Source of the DNA: Chitinophagaceae bacterium
GTDB lineage: Bacteria; Bacteroidota; Bacteroidia; Chitinophagales; Chitinophagaceae
Length of the DNA: 64,000 bases
Assembly: GCA_028288595.1 (NCBI GenBank)
Contig: JAQBNK010000033.1
Location: 26-64,025, forward strand
Direction: 5' to 3'
Made by a program: the position numbers and the translations under genes. This document shows, one piece after another, positions 15,277-25,127 of the stretch. The notes beneath the pieces were generated by a model. It was not told the DNA's origin. It searched no databases and saw only the letters and a list, made by a program, of their open reading frames with translations. Every line of letters starts with the position of its first letter. The first letter of the stretch is position 1.

Positions 15277-17640
15277 ATGTTTAAAAATTTCTTCAAAGTT
15301 GCAGTCAGAAACCTTGTACGGGGTAAAGGTTTTTCAATCATTAATATCTCCGGTCTTGCGATAGGTATGGCAAGCGCCGTACTTATTTTATTATGGATAC
15401 AAAATGAAGTTAGCTACGACCAGTTCCATGCAAAAAAAGACCGTATTTATGAAGCATGGAACAAAGCTGAATTCAGTGGCGATCTTAACTGCTGGAACAC
15501 TACACCCAAAGTGCTCGCCCGTTCTATGGAGCGTGACCTTCCTGAAGTAGAACAGGCTGTAAGGGTTGATTGGGGCAGTAACTTTTTATTCGGGATAGGA
15601 GACAAAAAACTTACCGTTCCGGGAAATATCGTTGACTCCAATTTTTTACAGGTGTTTAGTTTTCCTCTCCTGAAAGGAAATCCTTTAACTGTCTTAAAAG
15701 ACATGCATTCCATTGTGCTTACTGAAACGTTGGCGAAGAAACTATTCAGCGGCCAGGATGCGATGGGTAAAGTGATTAAGATAGATAACAAAGAAAACTT
15801 TACCGTAACAGGTATTCTAAAAGATCTTCCAAATAATACCAGGTTCAAATTTGAATATTTAGTACCCTGGGCATATAAGCGCTTTTTAGGTGATGATGAT
15901 CAGAACTGGGGTAACAACAGCACCCGCACTTATGTTTTATTAAAACCGAATGCCAGTGTTGCGGCGATAAATGCAAAACTTAAAACTTATAAGCGCCAGT
16001 ACGACAAAGAAGAGCCCAAATGGGAAATGTTCGTTTATCCAATGAGTAAATGGAGATTGCATTCAAGCTTTACCAATGGCGTGGAAGATGGCGGTGGAAG
16101 AATTGAGTTTGTAAGATTGTTCGGCATCATTGCTGCATTTATATTATTGATCGCCTGCATCAACTTTATGAATCTAAGCACGGCCCGCAGCGAGAAACGT
16201 GCTAAAGAAGTAGGCATCCGTAAAGTAGTTGGCGCACAAAAGATTTCTATCATAGGCCAGTTTATTGGCGAATCAATCTTACTGGCATTGGTTGCAGGTG
16301 TGCTGGCAATTTTTATTGTACAATTAAGTTTAAAAGGATTTAATGAACTCACCGACAAAAAACTATTCATTGATTACAGCAGTGTAAGCTTCTGGCTCAC
16401 AGGTATTGGCTTTATTATTTTTACAGGCATACTCGCAGGCAGTTACCCTGCATTTTTTCTTTCCTCTTTTCAGCCGGTGAAAGTCTTAAAAGGAACATTT
16501 AAAAAAGCAAATGGTTTAGTTACACCACGCAAAGTGCTGGTGGTATTACAATTTACTTTCGCTATCATATTGATCATTTGTACCATCATAGTAAAACAAC
16601 AAATAGATTATGCCCGTGACAGGGAAACCGGTTACAATAAAAACAATCTCATTTATCATTTGTTTACCGGGGATCTTGAAAAAAATTATCCTCTTATTAA
16701 AAATGAATTACTGGCATCACGGGTAGCTTCATCTGTAACAAAAACCAGCGCCCCTCCTACACAGAGCTGGAGTGATGGATGGGGACAGGAATGGGAAGGA
16801 AAAGATCCGAACGACAAAACAGATTTCTATCGTTACAATGAAGACGAGGACCTGGGAACTACTGCAGGCTTAACTTTCGTGCAGGGCCGGGATTTTAACT
16901 TAAAACAATATCCTACTGATTCCACCGGGATGATCATTAATGAATCAGCATTAAAGATCATGAAATTTAAAAATCCCATTGGAAAACTGGTAAAAGACAA
17001 TGGCCGGCAATGGCACATTGTAGGCGTGATAAAAGATTTTATTTTAACGAACCCCTATGAGCCGACGAAGCCAATGCTCATCGCCGGATCAAAAGCATGG
17101 TTTCAAACCATTCTTGTAAAATTCAATAATAAAAACCCAGTCTCCCGGAATTTAGCTAAAGCCGAGACCATCTTCAAAAAATATAACCCGGCCTATCCAT
17201 TCGAATACAAATTCGTTGATGAAGAATATGCTAAGAAATTCTCTGATGAAAAACGCACAGGTACTTTAGCAGGATTATTTGCGGGCCTCACGATCTTTAT
17301 TTCCTGTCTTGGATTATTCGGGCTCGCCACTTACATGGCGGAGAACCGCATTAAAGAAATCGGCGTACGAAAAGTATTAGGCGCATCAGTAACAAACATC
17401 ACCACACTTTTATCAAAAGACTTTTTAAAACTGGTAATCATTTCTTTTATCATCGCTTCTCCTATCGCATGGTGGGCAATGAATAAATGGTTGCAGGGAT
17501 ATAATTACAGGATCAATATACAATGGTGGGTACTTGCGCTGGCTGGGTTATTATCAGTTATGATTGCTATTGTAACGGTAAGTTACCAGGCCATCAGGGC
17601 TGCTGTTGCAAACCCGGTGAAGAGTTTAAGAACAGAATAG
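15277..17640 (+). CDS. duplicated MacB/FtsX-type ABC permease, paralogue 1
   Basis: 787 aa from ATG 15277; the track start at 15199 reads through the hairpin. MFKNFFKVAVRNL + TM1, periplasmic domain, LIACINFMNLSTARSEKRAKEVGIRKVVGA, second TM/periplasmic half, ENRIKEIGVRKVLGAS, C-terminus AVANPVKSLRTE*. Confidence 0.92.
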   Translation: MFKNFFKVAVRNLVRGKGFSIINISGLAIGMASAVLILLWIQNEVSYDQFHAKKDRIYEAWNKAEFSGDLNCWNTTPKVLARSMERDLPEVEQAVRVDWGSNFLFGIGDKKLTVPGNIVDSNFLQVFSFPLLKGNPLTVLKDMHSIVLTETLAKKLFSGQDAMGKVIKIDNKENFTVTGILKDLPNNTRFKFEYLVPWAYKRFLGDDDQNWGNNSTRTYVLLKPNASVAAINAKLKTYKRQYDKEEPKWEMFVYPMSKWRLHSSFTNGVEDGGGRIEFVRLFGIIAAFILLIACINFMNLSTARSEKRAKEVGIRKVVGAQKISIIGQFIGESILLALVAGVLAIFIVQLSLKGFNELTDKKLFIDYSSVSFWLTGIGFIIFTGILAGSYPAFFLSSFQPVKVLKGTFKKANGLVTPRKVLVVLQFTFAIILIICTIIVKQQIDYARDRETGYNKNNLIYHLFTGDLEKNYPLIKNELLASRVASSVTKTSAPPTQSWSDGWGQEWEGKDPNDKTDFYRYNEDEDLGTTAGLTFVQGRDFNLKQYPTDSTGMIINESALKIMKFKNPIGKLVKDNGRQWHIVGVIKDFILTNPYEPTKPMLIAGSKAWFQTILVKFNNKNPVSRNLAKAETIFKKYNPAYPFEYKFVDEEYAKKFSDEKRTGTLAGLFAGLTIFISCLGLFGLATYMAENRIKEIGVRKVLGASVTNITTLLSKDFLKLVIISFIIASPIAWWAMNKWLQGYNYRINIQWWVLALAGLLSVMIAIVTVSYQAIRAAVANPVKSLRTE

Positions 17641-17660
17641 AGTTAAATAGTACGAGGCGT

Positions 17661-17709
17661 GATGTACGATGTACGACTCATTCACCATTCACGATACAGG
17701 ATTCACGAT
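17661..17709. repeat. seven phased heptamers (gatgtac gatgtac gactcat tcaccat tcacgat acaggat tcacgat)
   Basis: Read directly in the 84-nt spacer between permeases 1 and 2; one 7-nt register is kept throughout. Confidence 0.85.
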
Positions 17710-17724
17710 TAGTAAAAAAATACG

Positions 17725-20106
17725 ATGATAAAAAATTATTTCAAGGTTGCATTCAGGAATCTTTCTCGTCACAAAGCGTTTTCATTTCTGAACATTATAG
17801 GTCTTGCAGCAGGAATGACGGCATGCCTTCTCATATTTCTATATATAAGTTTTGAATTGAGCTATGATAATTTTCATACTAAATCAGACCGCATCTACAG
17901 GGTAGTTGCCGATATAAAAACGCCTACTGAAACACTTAATGCAGATGGCCCGTCCTGGGCAGTAGCACCTAATGCGAAACTTGAGTTCCCGGAGATAGAA
18001 TCTGCTGTCCGCATCGCAGCCAATGGCCAGGTACTTGTGAGAAAAGGCAATATAAAATTCCAGGAGACAAGCACTGCCTGGGCTGACTCTTCATTGTTTA
18101 ACATCTTTGATTTTAAATTATTGAAAGGTGATCGAAAAACATCATTAAAAGAACCATATAGTATTGTCTTAAGTGAATCAACAGCAAGAAAATACTTCGG
18201 CAATAATGATCCCATGGGTCAAATCTTACTGGTAGACAGCGATGGTAAACCGACGAAAGTAACAGGAGTAATGAAAGATATTCCTGAGAATTCGCAGGTA
18301 AAAATGGATATCGTCATATCCATGTCAACTATTACTCAACAGTATAAAAATCTTGACAGCAGCTGGGGTGGCTATGGTTCTTACGCTTATTTCTTATTGA
18401 AGCCGGGAGTGGATCCAAAAAAATTGGAAAAAAAATTTCCGGGATTCCTGGAAAGCCGCAATGGTACACAGATGAAGAAGTCGCAAATGTACCCAACGCT
18501 TTTTCTTGAGCCTTTAAGGGACGTATACCTGCACTCGACCCGTAATGGAAGCAAAACGCCGGTAATTTCCAACGTTTACATTTTCGCCATTATTGCTGTA
18601 TTTATTTTACTGATCGCCTGCATCAATTTTATTAATCTCACTACGGCAAGATCGACTGAAAGAGCCAAAGAAGTAGGTATAAGAAAAGTGGTGGGCGCAG
18701 GAAAAAAACAACTGACCGGACAGTTTATCGGTGAGTCAATTATCCTGTGTGTAATTGCATTTTTCCTCACACTGCTTTTATCTTCTTTACTGCTGCCATT
18801 GTTTAACCAGCTAGCCGGAAAAAAGATCAGCGAAGGAATCTTTACAGACCCGCTTACGCTGTTAATGCTCCTGGGCAGTGCCATTATTATTGGTTTGCTC
18901 GCAGGTGTTTATCCTGCCCTTGTATTATCTTCTTTTAAACCGGTGATTGTTTTAAAAGGACGATTTTCTACCGGCACACGAGGCATTCTTTTAAGAAAAG
19001 GATTAGTGGTTGCACAGTTCACTATTTCAATCGCACTCATTATAGGAACTATTGTTGTCTATAAGCAAATGCATTATATGCGCACGCAGGATCTTGGTTT
19101 TAATAAAGACCAGATGCTGGTGATAGATACAGATGGCGACCCTGCAAGAACCGCTTTCTTTCAATCGTTAAATACTATTCCGCAGGTTAAATCCGCGTCC
19201 GCTTCTTCGAGTGTACCCGGCGGAGGAAACCCCGGCGCTTACTCTGAAATAGAAAATAAAAAAGGCGACCTGCAGATAGCCAACCTCGATCTTTATTTTG
19301 TTGACTTTGATTATATCAACCAGTATAAAATAAAAATTATTGCGGGCCGTGGTTTCAACAGGCAGTTTGCTACAGACACAACGCAGGCGATGGTATTAAA
19401 CGAAGCTGCGATTAAAATGTTTGGTTACACTTCTCCGCAACAGGCAATTGGCAAACGTTTTAAACAATGGGGTCGTGAAGGAAAGATCATAGGTGTAATG
19501 AAAGATTTCCATTTCCGTTCCTTGCAGCAGGAGATCAAACCGTTGAGCATGCGGATAGAGCCGGACAGATGCAATCTTATTTCTGCAAATATTTCTGGCA
19601 AAGATGTTACCGCCACTATTGCCGCAATTGAAAAAAAGTGGAAAGCGATGATCCCTAACAGGCCATTCAGTTATTATTTTCTCGATGAATTTTTCGACAG
19701 GCAGTACAGAAGCGAAGTACGCTTTGGTAATCTGTTCCTCAATTTTGCCGTACTCGCAATTCTTATTTCCTGTCTCGGCTTACTGGGTCTTGCATCTTAC
19801 AGCACTATACAAAGAACAAAAGAAATTGGCGTTAGAAAAGTAATGGGCGCAACAGTTATGGGCCTGGTAGGTATGCTGTCAAAAGATTTTTTAAAGCTGG
19901 TGTTGATCGCATTCGTGATCGCCTCTCCTATTGCGTGGTTCACCCTTTATAAATGGCTTCAAAGTTTTGCTTACAGAATTTCGTTGGGTGCAGAAGCATT
20001 TATACTCGCAGGACTTGCAGCATTATTTATTGCTGTCGCAACAGTAAGTTACCAGGCAATAAAAGCAGCGGTGGCGAACCCGGTGAAGAGTTTGAGAACG
20101 GAGTAA
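17725..20106 (+). CDS. duplicated MacB/FtsX-type ABC permease, paralogue 2
   Basis: 793 aa. MIKNYFKVAFRNL; LIACINFINLTTARSTERAKEVGIRKVVGA; QRTKEIGVRKVMGAT; C-terminus AVANPVKSLRTE*. Confidence 0.92.
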   Translation: MIKNYFKVAFRNLSRHKAFSFLNIIGLAAGMTACLLIFLYISFELSYDNFHTKSDRIYRVVADIKTPTETLNADGPSWAVAPNAKLEFPEIESAVRIAANGQVLVRKGNIKFQETSTAWADSSLFNIFDFKLLKGDRKTSLKEPYSIVLSESTARKYFGNNDPMGQILLVDSDGKPTKVTGVMKDIPENSQVKMDIVISMSTITQQYKNLDSSWGGYGSYAYFLLKPGVDPKKLEKKFPGFLESRNGTQMKKSQMYPTLFLEPLRDVYLHSTRNGSKTPVISNVYIFAIIAVFILLIACINFINLTTARSTERAKEVGIRKVVGAGKKQLTGQFIGESIILCVIAFFLTLLLSSLLLPLFNQLAGKKISEGIFTDPLTLLMLLGSAIIIGLLAGVYPALVLSSFKPVIVLKGRFSTGTRGILLRKGLVVAQFTISIALIIGTIVVYKQMHYMRTQDLGFNKDQMLVIDTDGDPARTAFFQSLNTIPQVKSASASSSVPGGGNPGAYSEIENKKGDLQIANLDLYFVDFDYINQYKIKIIAGRGFNRQFATDTTQAMVLNEAAIKMFGYTSPQQAIGKRFKQWGREGKIIGVMKDFHFRSLQQEIKPLSMRIEPDRCNLISANISGKDVTATIAAIEKKWKAMIPNRPFSYYFLDEFFDRQYRSEVRFGNLFLNFAVLAILISCLGLLGLASYSTIQRTKEIGVRKVMGATVMGLVGMLSKDFLKLVLIAFVIASPIAWFTLYKWLQSFAYRISLGAEAFILAGLAALFIAVATVSYQAIKAAVANPVKSLRTE

Positions 20107-20132
20107 ACACATAGAGGAGGCACCAAATAATT

Positions 20133-20167
20133 CAGAATTCTGAATTCTGAATTCTGAATTCCGTATT
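20133..20167. repeat. five phased heptamers (cagaatt ctgaatt ctgaatt ctgaatt ccgtatt)
   Basis: Read directly in the 83-nt spacer between permeases 2 and 3. The unit contains the GAATTC palindrome, so the run is self-complementary. Confidence 0.9.
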
Positions 20168-20189
20168 GAGTTCTGATAAAACCTGAAAT

Positions 20190-22670
20190 ATGATAAAGAA
20201 CTATTTTAAGATCGCCTGGCGAAATATACAGCGTAATAAAATGAGCAGCTTTATCCATATTTCAGGATTAAGCATCGGCATAGCCTGCGCATTAATGATC
20301 GTGATCTTTATTCAACACGAACTGAGCTATGACAAATTCCATAAAGATGCAGGCCGTATTTTCCAGGTAACGCTCAATGGCATGAACGATGGACAGGAAT
20401 ACTGGGCAGGTAATACGCCACCTCCCGTTGGTTCTGCGCTTGCCCGAAACATCCCTGAAATAGAAAGCTTCGCAAGATTTTATAAGCCAAATGATATTGT
20501 TGTTCGTTATGAGAGTAATAGTCAGTCACAAAAATCCTTCACAGAAAAAAATGTACTTGCTGTAGATTCTAATTTTTTGCAGCTCTTCGATTTTAAAGTT
20601 CTTGAAGGCGATGTTTCTACTGCTTTATTAAGGCCGGGCTCTGTTGTGCTTACAGAAGATATGGCTACAAAATATTTTGGCAATGAACGACCTGTTCTTG
20701 GCAGAACGCTTCTGCTTAACCATGACAAAAAACCCTTTACGGTAACAGCAGTATTAAAAAACGTTCCCGCAGAATCTTCTATACAATTTGATTTTCTTGC
20801 ACCAGTTGCAGACTTTCCTGTGGTAAAACGCTTTAGCTGGAGCTGGGTTTGGTTGCAAACCATGTGCTATGTAAAACTTCGCGAAGGTGTAAGAACTGAC
20901 AGAGTAAGTATTCAGCAACTGGAAGCAAAGTTTCGTCCGGTTATTAAAGTAGAATCTGTAAGTGGTTTAAAAAGACTAGGCACTTCTTACGATGAGATCA
21001 TAAAGAAAACCGGTAAATGGGATTTTCGTTTATTTCCCCTCACAGGCATTCATTTGCGTTCTGGTATAATAGGCATGCCGTGGTTAAGTAAGATCAGCGA
21101 TATTAAGTACGTCTATATTTTTGCCAGCGTTGCGCTCTTCATTATTATTCTTGCCTGCGTAAACTTCATGAATCTTTCTACTGCCCGTTCTTCTAAGAGA
21201 GCCAAAGAAGTAGGTATCCGTAAAGTCGCCGGCTCATCAAGAGGGCAATTGATCAGGCAGTTTCTTGCGGAAGCATTTTTATTCACTATTATTTCATCGA
21301 TCATCGCGGTTGCTTTGGTAATACTCTTATTAAAACCATTTGCAAATATTACTGGTGAGACCATCAATCCGAATAATGCTTTCACTCCTGCGGTTTTATT
21401 TGCAATCATAGGACTTATTATCATTATTGGTTTTCTAGCAGGAAGCTACCCGGCGTTTTATCTCACTTCATTTAAACCTGCAGCAGTTTTAAAAGGCAAA
21501 AATCTTTTCTCTTCCGGTAAAAAAAGTTTGCTGATCAGGAACGGCCTCGTTGTTTTCCAGTTTACTATCTCTTCCATTATTATCATTAGTACACTGATCG
21601 TGTGGAAGCAACTGAAATTTTTCAGAAATGCTGATATGGGATTAAATAAAGAAAATGTACTCGTGATCACCAGCACAAACAGGCTCGGTAAAAGCGAGGA
21701 GAGTTTTCGTGAGACCATCAGCCAGTTACCCGGTGTAAGCAATGCAAGTATTTCAACCAGCATTCCTACCGGTTCTCTTTTTGGAGATGGATATGAGCCC
21801 AAAGCGGAAAATAATGAGCATATCGCCAGGGAAATCGCCCTGTCTTCTTTTATGGTAGACGAGGCTTTTGTACCGACATTAAAAATAAAAGTTTTAAAAG
21901 GCCGGAACTTTTCAAAAGCATTTTCAGATTCTGCTTCTGTCGTTCTAAATGAAGAAGCTGCAAAACAGATCGGGTGGAAGGATCCTGTTGGTAAATGGAT
22001 ACAATATCCCGGTAATAATAACCAGCTTTTCCAGGTGATAGGCGTTGTAAAAAACTTCAATGTACAATCGCTGCAAAATTCGATGATACCTTTTGCACTG
22101 TTTCATACATCTTCCCGAACTTATGATATCGGGGTGTCTCATATCCTTGCAAGAATACGGCCCGGCAATATCAACAATACGATCAGTCAACTGGAAAGTA
22201 AATGGAAATCATTTGCCCCGGGCGAACCATTTGATTACAATTTCCTCGATGCAGAGTTCGATTCGCAGTACCGTTCTGAACAACGCTTAGGAAAATTATT
22301 CAGCGTATTCGCCGGCCTTTCCATTTTTATCGCCTGCCTTGGTTTATTTGGCTTATGTGCATTTGTTGCAGAGAGACGAACGAAAGAAATCGGCATTCGC
22401 AAAGTATTGGGCGCATCTGTTCAGAGCCTTGTTAGCTTATTATCAAAAGACTTTTTAAAACTGACTATAGCTGCAGCCTTGATCTCTTTTCCTGTTGCAT
22501 GGTGGGCCATGCATAAATGGCTGGAAGATTTTGCGTACAGGATAAATATTGGCTGGACAGTATTCGTCATAGCCGGGTTAAGCATCTTATTGATAGCACT
22601 TGCAACCATCAGCTTCCAGGCGATAAAAGCAGCGGTTGCCAATCCTGTAAAAAGTTTAAGAACTGAATAA
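20190..22670 (+). CDS. duplicated MacB/FtsX-type ABC permease, paralogue 3
   Basis: 826 aa. MIKNYFKIAWRNI; ILACVNFMNLSTARSSKRAKEVGIRKVAGS; ERRTKEIGIRKVLGAS; C-terminus AVANPVKSLRTE*. Confidence 0.92.
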   Translation: MIKNYFKIAWRNIQRNKMSSFIHISGLSIGIACALMIVIFIQHELSYDKFHKDAGRIFQVTLNGMNDGQEYWAGNTPPPVGSALARNIPEIESFARFYKPNDIVVRYESNSQSQKSFTEKNVLAVDSNFLQLFDFKVLEGDVSTALLRPGSVVLTEDMATKYFGNERPVLGRTLLLNHDKKPFTVTAVLKNVPAESSIQFDFLAPVADFPVVKRFSWSWVWLQTMCYVKLREGVRTDRVSIQQLEAKFRPVIKVESVSGLKRLGTSYDEIIKKTGKWDFRLFPLTGIHLRSGIIGMPWLSKISDIKYVYIFASVALFIIILACVNFMNLSTARSSKRAKEVGIRKVAGSSRGQLIRQFLAEAFLFTIISSIIAVALVILLLKPFANITGETINPNNAFTPAVLFAIIGLIIIIGFLAGSYPAFYLTSFKPAAVLKGKNLFSSGKKSLLIRNGLVVFQFTISSIIIISTLIVWKQLKFFRNADMGLNKENVLVITSTNRLGKSEESFRETISQLPGVSNASISTSIPTGSLFGDGYEPKAENNEHIAREIALSSFMVDEAFVPTLKIKVLKGRNFSKAFSDSASVVLNEEAAKQIGWKDPVGKWIQYPGNNNQLFQVIGVVKNFNVQSLQNSMIPFALFHTSSRTYDIGVSHILARIRPGNINNTISQLESKWKSFAPGEPFDYNFLDAEFDSQYRSEQRLGKLFSVFAGLSIFIACLGLFGLCAFVAERRTKEIGIRKVLGASVQSLVSLLSKDFLKLTIAAALISFPVAWWAMHKWLEDFAYRINIGWTVFVIAGLSILLIALATISFQAIKAAVANPVKSLRTE

Positions 22671-22699
22671 AGTAAAAAATAACATAATACGATCAAAAC

Positions 22700-25123
22700 A
22701 TGTTGAAGAATTATTTCAGGATCGCCTGGAGAAATGTGATAAGGCATAAAGCTTATACGGCTATAAACATTATAGGTCTTGCCATAGGTATTGCGGCTTG
22801 TCTCCTGTTGTTCACAGTAGTGAAGTATGAATTGAGCTATGATAAATTTCAACCGAACTACGATCATATTTATCATGTAGCTTCTACCCGTGTAAATGAA
22901 GAAGGAACTTATTATGGTGAAGGTGTTCCTTTCCCGGCCTATGATGCCCTGCGTGCCCAGTGTCCGCAAGCAAAAACAGGTGCCATGTTCTCCAATTATA
23001 ATTGCCAGGTAACGGTGCTGGATCCAAAAGATGCGAATGCATTCTCCAATAAAAAATTCATAGAAGAGACGGGGATATTCTTTTCTGATCCGCAGATATT
23101 TTCAGTGTTCCAATATAAGTGGCTCATTGGTTCACCTGATGTTTTGAAGGCACCGAACGTAGCCGTGCTGACAAAAAAAATGGCCGAAAAATATTATGGC
23201 AAATGGCAGTCTGCCATTGGCGGACTTATCAAACTGGATAATACAGCAACTGTAAAAATCGCAGGTGTGTTAGAAGATATTGCGGTGAACACTGATTTTC
23301 CTTTGGGTGTCATTGCTTCTTACGAGACGATGAAGAGCTATCCGAATGTATATGGATATACAACAGATTTTGGAAATGTAACCAGCAGTTTTCAGGCTTT
23401 TATGTTGCTGCCTCCCAATGTTTCTGCAGAAGGCATTAATAAACTATTGGTTCGCTTTAGCAATGAACATTATAATAAGGGTTCAAAGAAAAATGATAAA
23501 GTTTACAACTTTCTGCAACCTTTAAAAGAGGTACACTTCGATAACAGGATCGGCACATTTGGCAATCATATCACCAGCAAAACAACTTTGTGGACCTTAT
23601 CGCTGATCGGTTTGTTCATCATTATTATGGCTTGCATCAACTTCATTAACCTGGCCACTGCACAGGCTGTGGGCCGTTCAAAAGAAGTAGGTATAAGAAA
23701 AGTTTTAGGAAGCAACAGGCGTCAACTTTTCTGGCAGGTGATTGGCGAAACCTGGATCATTGTCTTAACTGCTATCATACTTGCTTCTGTGATCGCAACT
23801 ATTTGTTTGCCTTACATAAAAAACGTGGCTTCGATTGAAGAAAAACTTAGCCTGCTTAATTTATCAACCATCGGTTTCATGGCGGCGCTTGCTGTAGTAG
23901 TAACGCTGCTTGCAGGTACCTATCCTTCACTTATTTTATCTGGCTTTAAACCTGCGCTTGCCTTAAAAAATAAAATTACCTCAGCGACGGTAGGCGGCAT
24001 TTCATTGAGAAGAGGATTGGTGGTAACACAGTTTGCTATCTCGCAGGTACTGATCATAGGAACCATCGTGGCGGTGAGCCAGATGAACTTTATTCGCAAG
24101 GCAGATCTTGGATTTAATAAAGAAGCGGTACTTGTACTTAATAGCAATGTTGACAGTTCTGTAAATCTGCGGCAGCCCGCATTTAAGCAAAAACTTTTAT
24201 CTATCAATGGTGTTAAATCGGTGAGTTTCAGTTCTGATGTGCCTTCTTCTGAAAGTAACAACAGCGGCAATTTCGCCTTTGATCATAAGCCCGATGAGAA
24301 GTTTGACATCTTCAGAAAATTTGGTGATGAAGATTATTTTAAAACATACGGGCTTCAATTAGTTGCGGGCCGCATTTTTACTAAGAGCGATACGATAAAT
24401 GAAATTGTCGTGAATGAGACGCTGGTAAAAAAATTAGGAATAAAAACACCAGCAGATATACTTGGCCATGTCTTAAGGGTAAACCGGAATTCATGGCGCA
24501 CTATCGTAGGTGTGGTAAAAGATTTTAAAACCAATTCGCTTAGAGAATCTGTAAAGCCTTTAATGCTGGCACAAAGAGCGAAGCGTTATTATTTTACCGG
24601 CGTTAAATTAACTACAAGCAACCTTAAACAAACACAGGCAGAAATAGAGAAAGTCTGGAACCAGTTTTTCCCTGAATACGTATATGCTCCAACTTTTATG
24701 GATGAACGTATCAACAAGTTCTATGAGCAGGAAAACCAGCTTTCACTATTATATAAAATTTTTGCAGGCATTGCTATTTTGATCTCCTGCTTAGGGTTAT
24801 ACGGACTTGTTTCTTTTATGGCCGCGCAGAGAACAAAAGAAGTGGGGATCAGAAAAGTGCTGGGTGCTTCAGTAGCCAATATCATTTTCCTGTTCTCAAA
24901 AGAATTTACAATTCTCATTCTTGTCGCATTTGCGGTAGCAGTACCCGTAGCGTATTATATGATGAGCAACTGGCTGAACAATTTTGCTTACAAAGTGAGC
25001 CTGAGTATATGGGTGTTCGCACTGGCAATTCTTTCATCGGTAATTATTGCATGGTTAACTGTAGGATATAAATCGATTAAAGCGGCGCTGAGTAACCCTG
25101 TGAAGAGTTTGAGATCGGAATGA
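22700..25123 (+). CDS. duplicated MacB/FtsX-type ABC permease, paralogue 4 (subfamily with paralogue 10)
   Basis: 807 aa, only 29 nt after paralogue 3. MLKNYFRIAWRNV; NLATAQAVGRSKEVGIRKVLGS; GGISLRRGLVVTQFAISQVLIIG; AQRTKEVGIRKVLGAS; C-terminus ALSNPVKSLRSE*. Confidence 0.92.
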   Translation: MLKNYFRIAWRNVIRHKAYTAINIIGLAIGIAACLLLFTVVKYELSYDKFQPNYDHIYHVASTRVNEEGTYYGEGVPFPAYDALRAQCPQAKTGAMFSNYNCQVTVLDPKDANAFSNKKFIEETGIFFSDPQIFSVFQYKWLIGSPDVLKAPNVAVLTKKMAEKYYGKWQSAIGGLIKLDNTATVKIAGVLEDIAVNTDFPLGVIASYETMKSYPNVYGYTTDFGNVTSSFQAFMLLPPNVSAEGINKLLVRFSNEHYNKGSKKNDKVYNFLQPLKEVHFDNRIGTFGNHITSKTTLWTLSLIGLFIIIMACINFINLATAQAVGRSKEVGIRKVLGSNRRQLFWQVIGETWIIVLTAIILASVIATICLPYIKNVASIEEKLSLLNLSTIGFMAALAVVVTLLAGTYPSLILSGFKPALALKNKITSATVGGISLRRGLVVTQFAISQVLIIGTIVAVSQMNFIRKADLGFNKEAVLVLNSNVDSSVNLRQPAFKQKLLSINGVKSVSFSSDVPSSESNNSGNFAFDHKPDEKFDIFRKFGDEDYFKTYGLQLVAGRIFTKSDTINEIVVNETLVKKLGIKTPADILGHVLRVNRNSWRTIVGVVKDFKTNSLRESVKPLMLAQRAKRYYFTGVKLTTSNLKQTQAEIEKVWNQFFPEYVYAPTFMDERINKFYEQENQLSLLYKIFAGIAILISCLGLYGLVSFMAAQRTKEVGIRKVLGASVANIIFLFSKEFTILILVAFAVAVPVAYYMMSNWLNNFAYKVSLSIWVFALAILSSVIIAWLTVGYKSIKAALSNPVKSLRSE

Positions 25124-25127
25124 GGCG

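Noticed and set aside
21458-22060. 200-aa minus-strand ORF inside permease 3. Many similar 60-196-aa antisense ORFs lie inside the other permeases, for example 22421-22969, 37440-38030 and 45283-45771.
   Set aside because: All are antisense to strongly supported genes. Several are open only because the purine-rich heptamer runs lack stops on the complementary strand. No domains were recognised.
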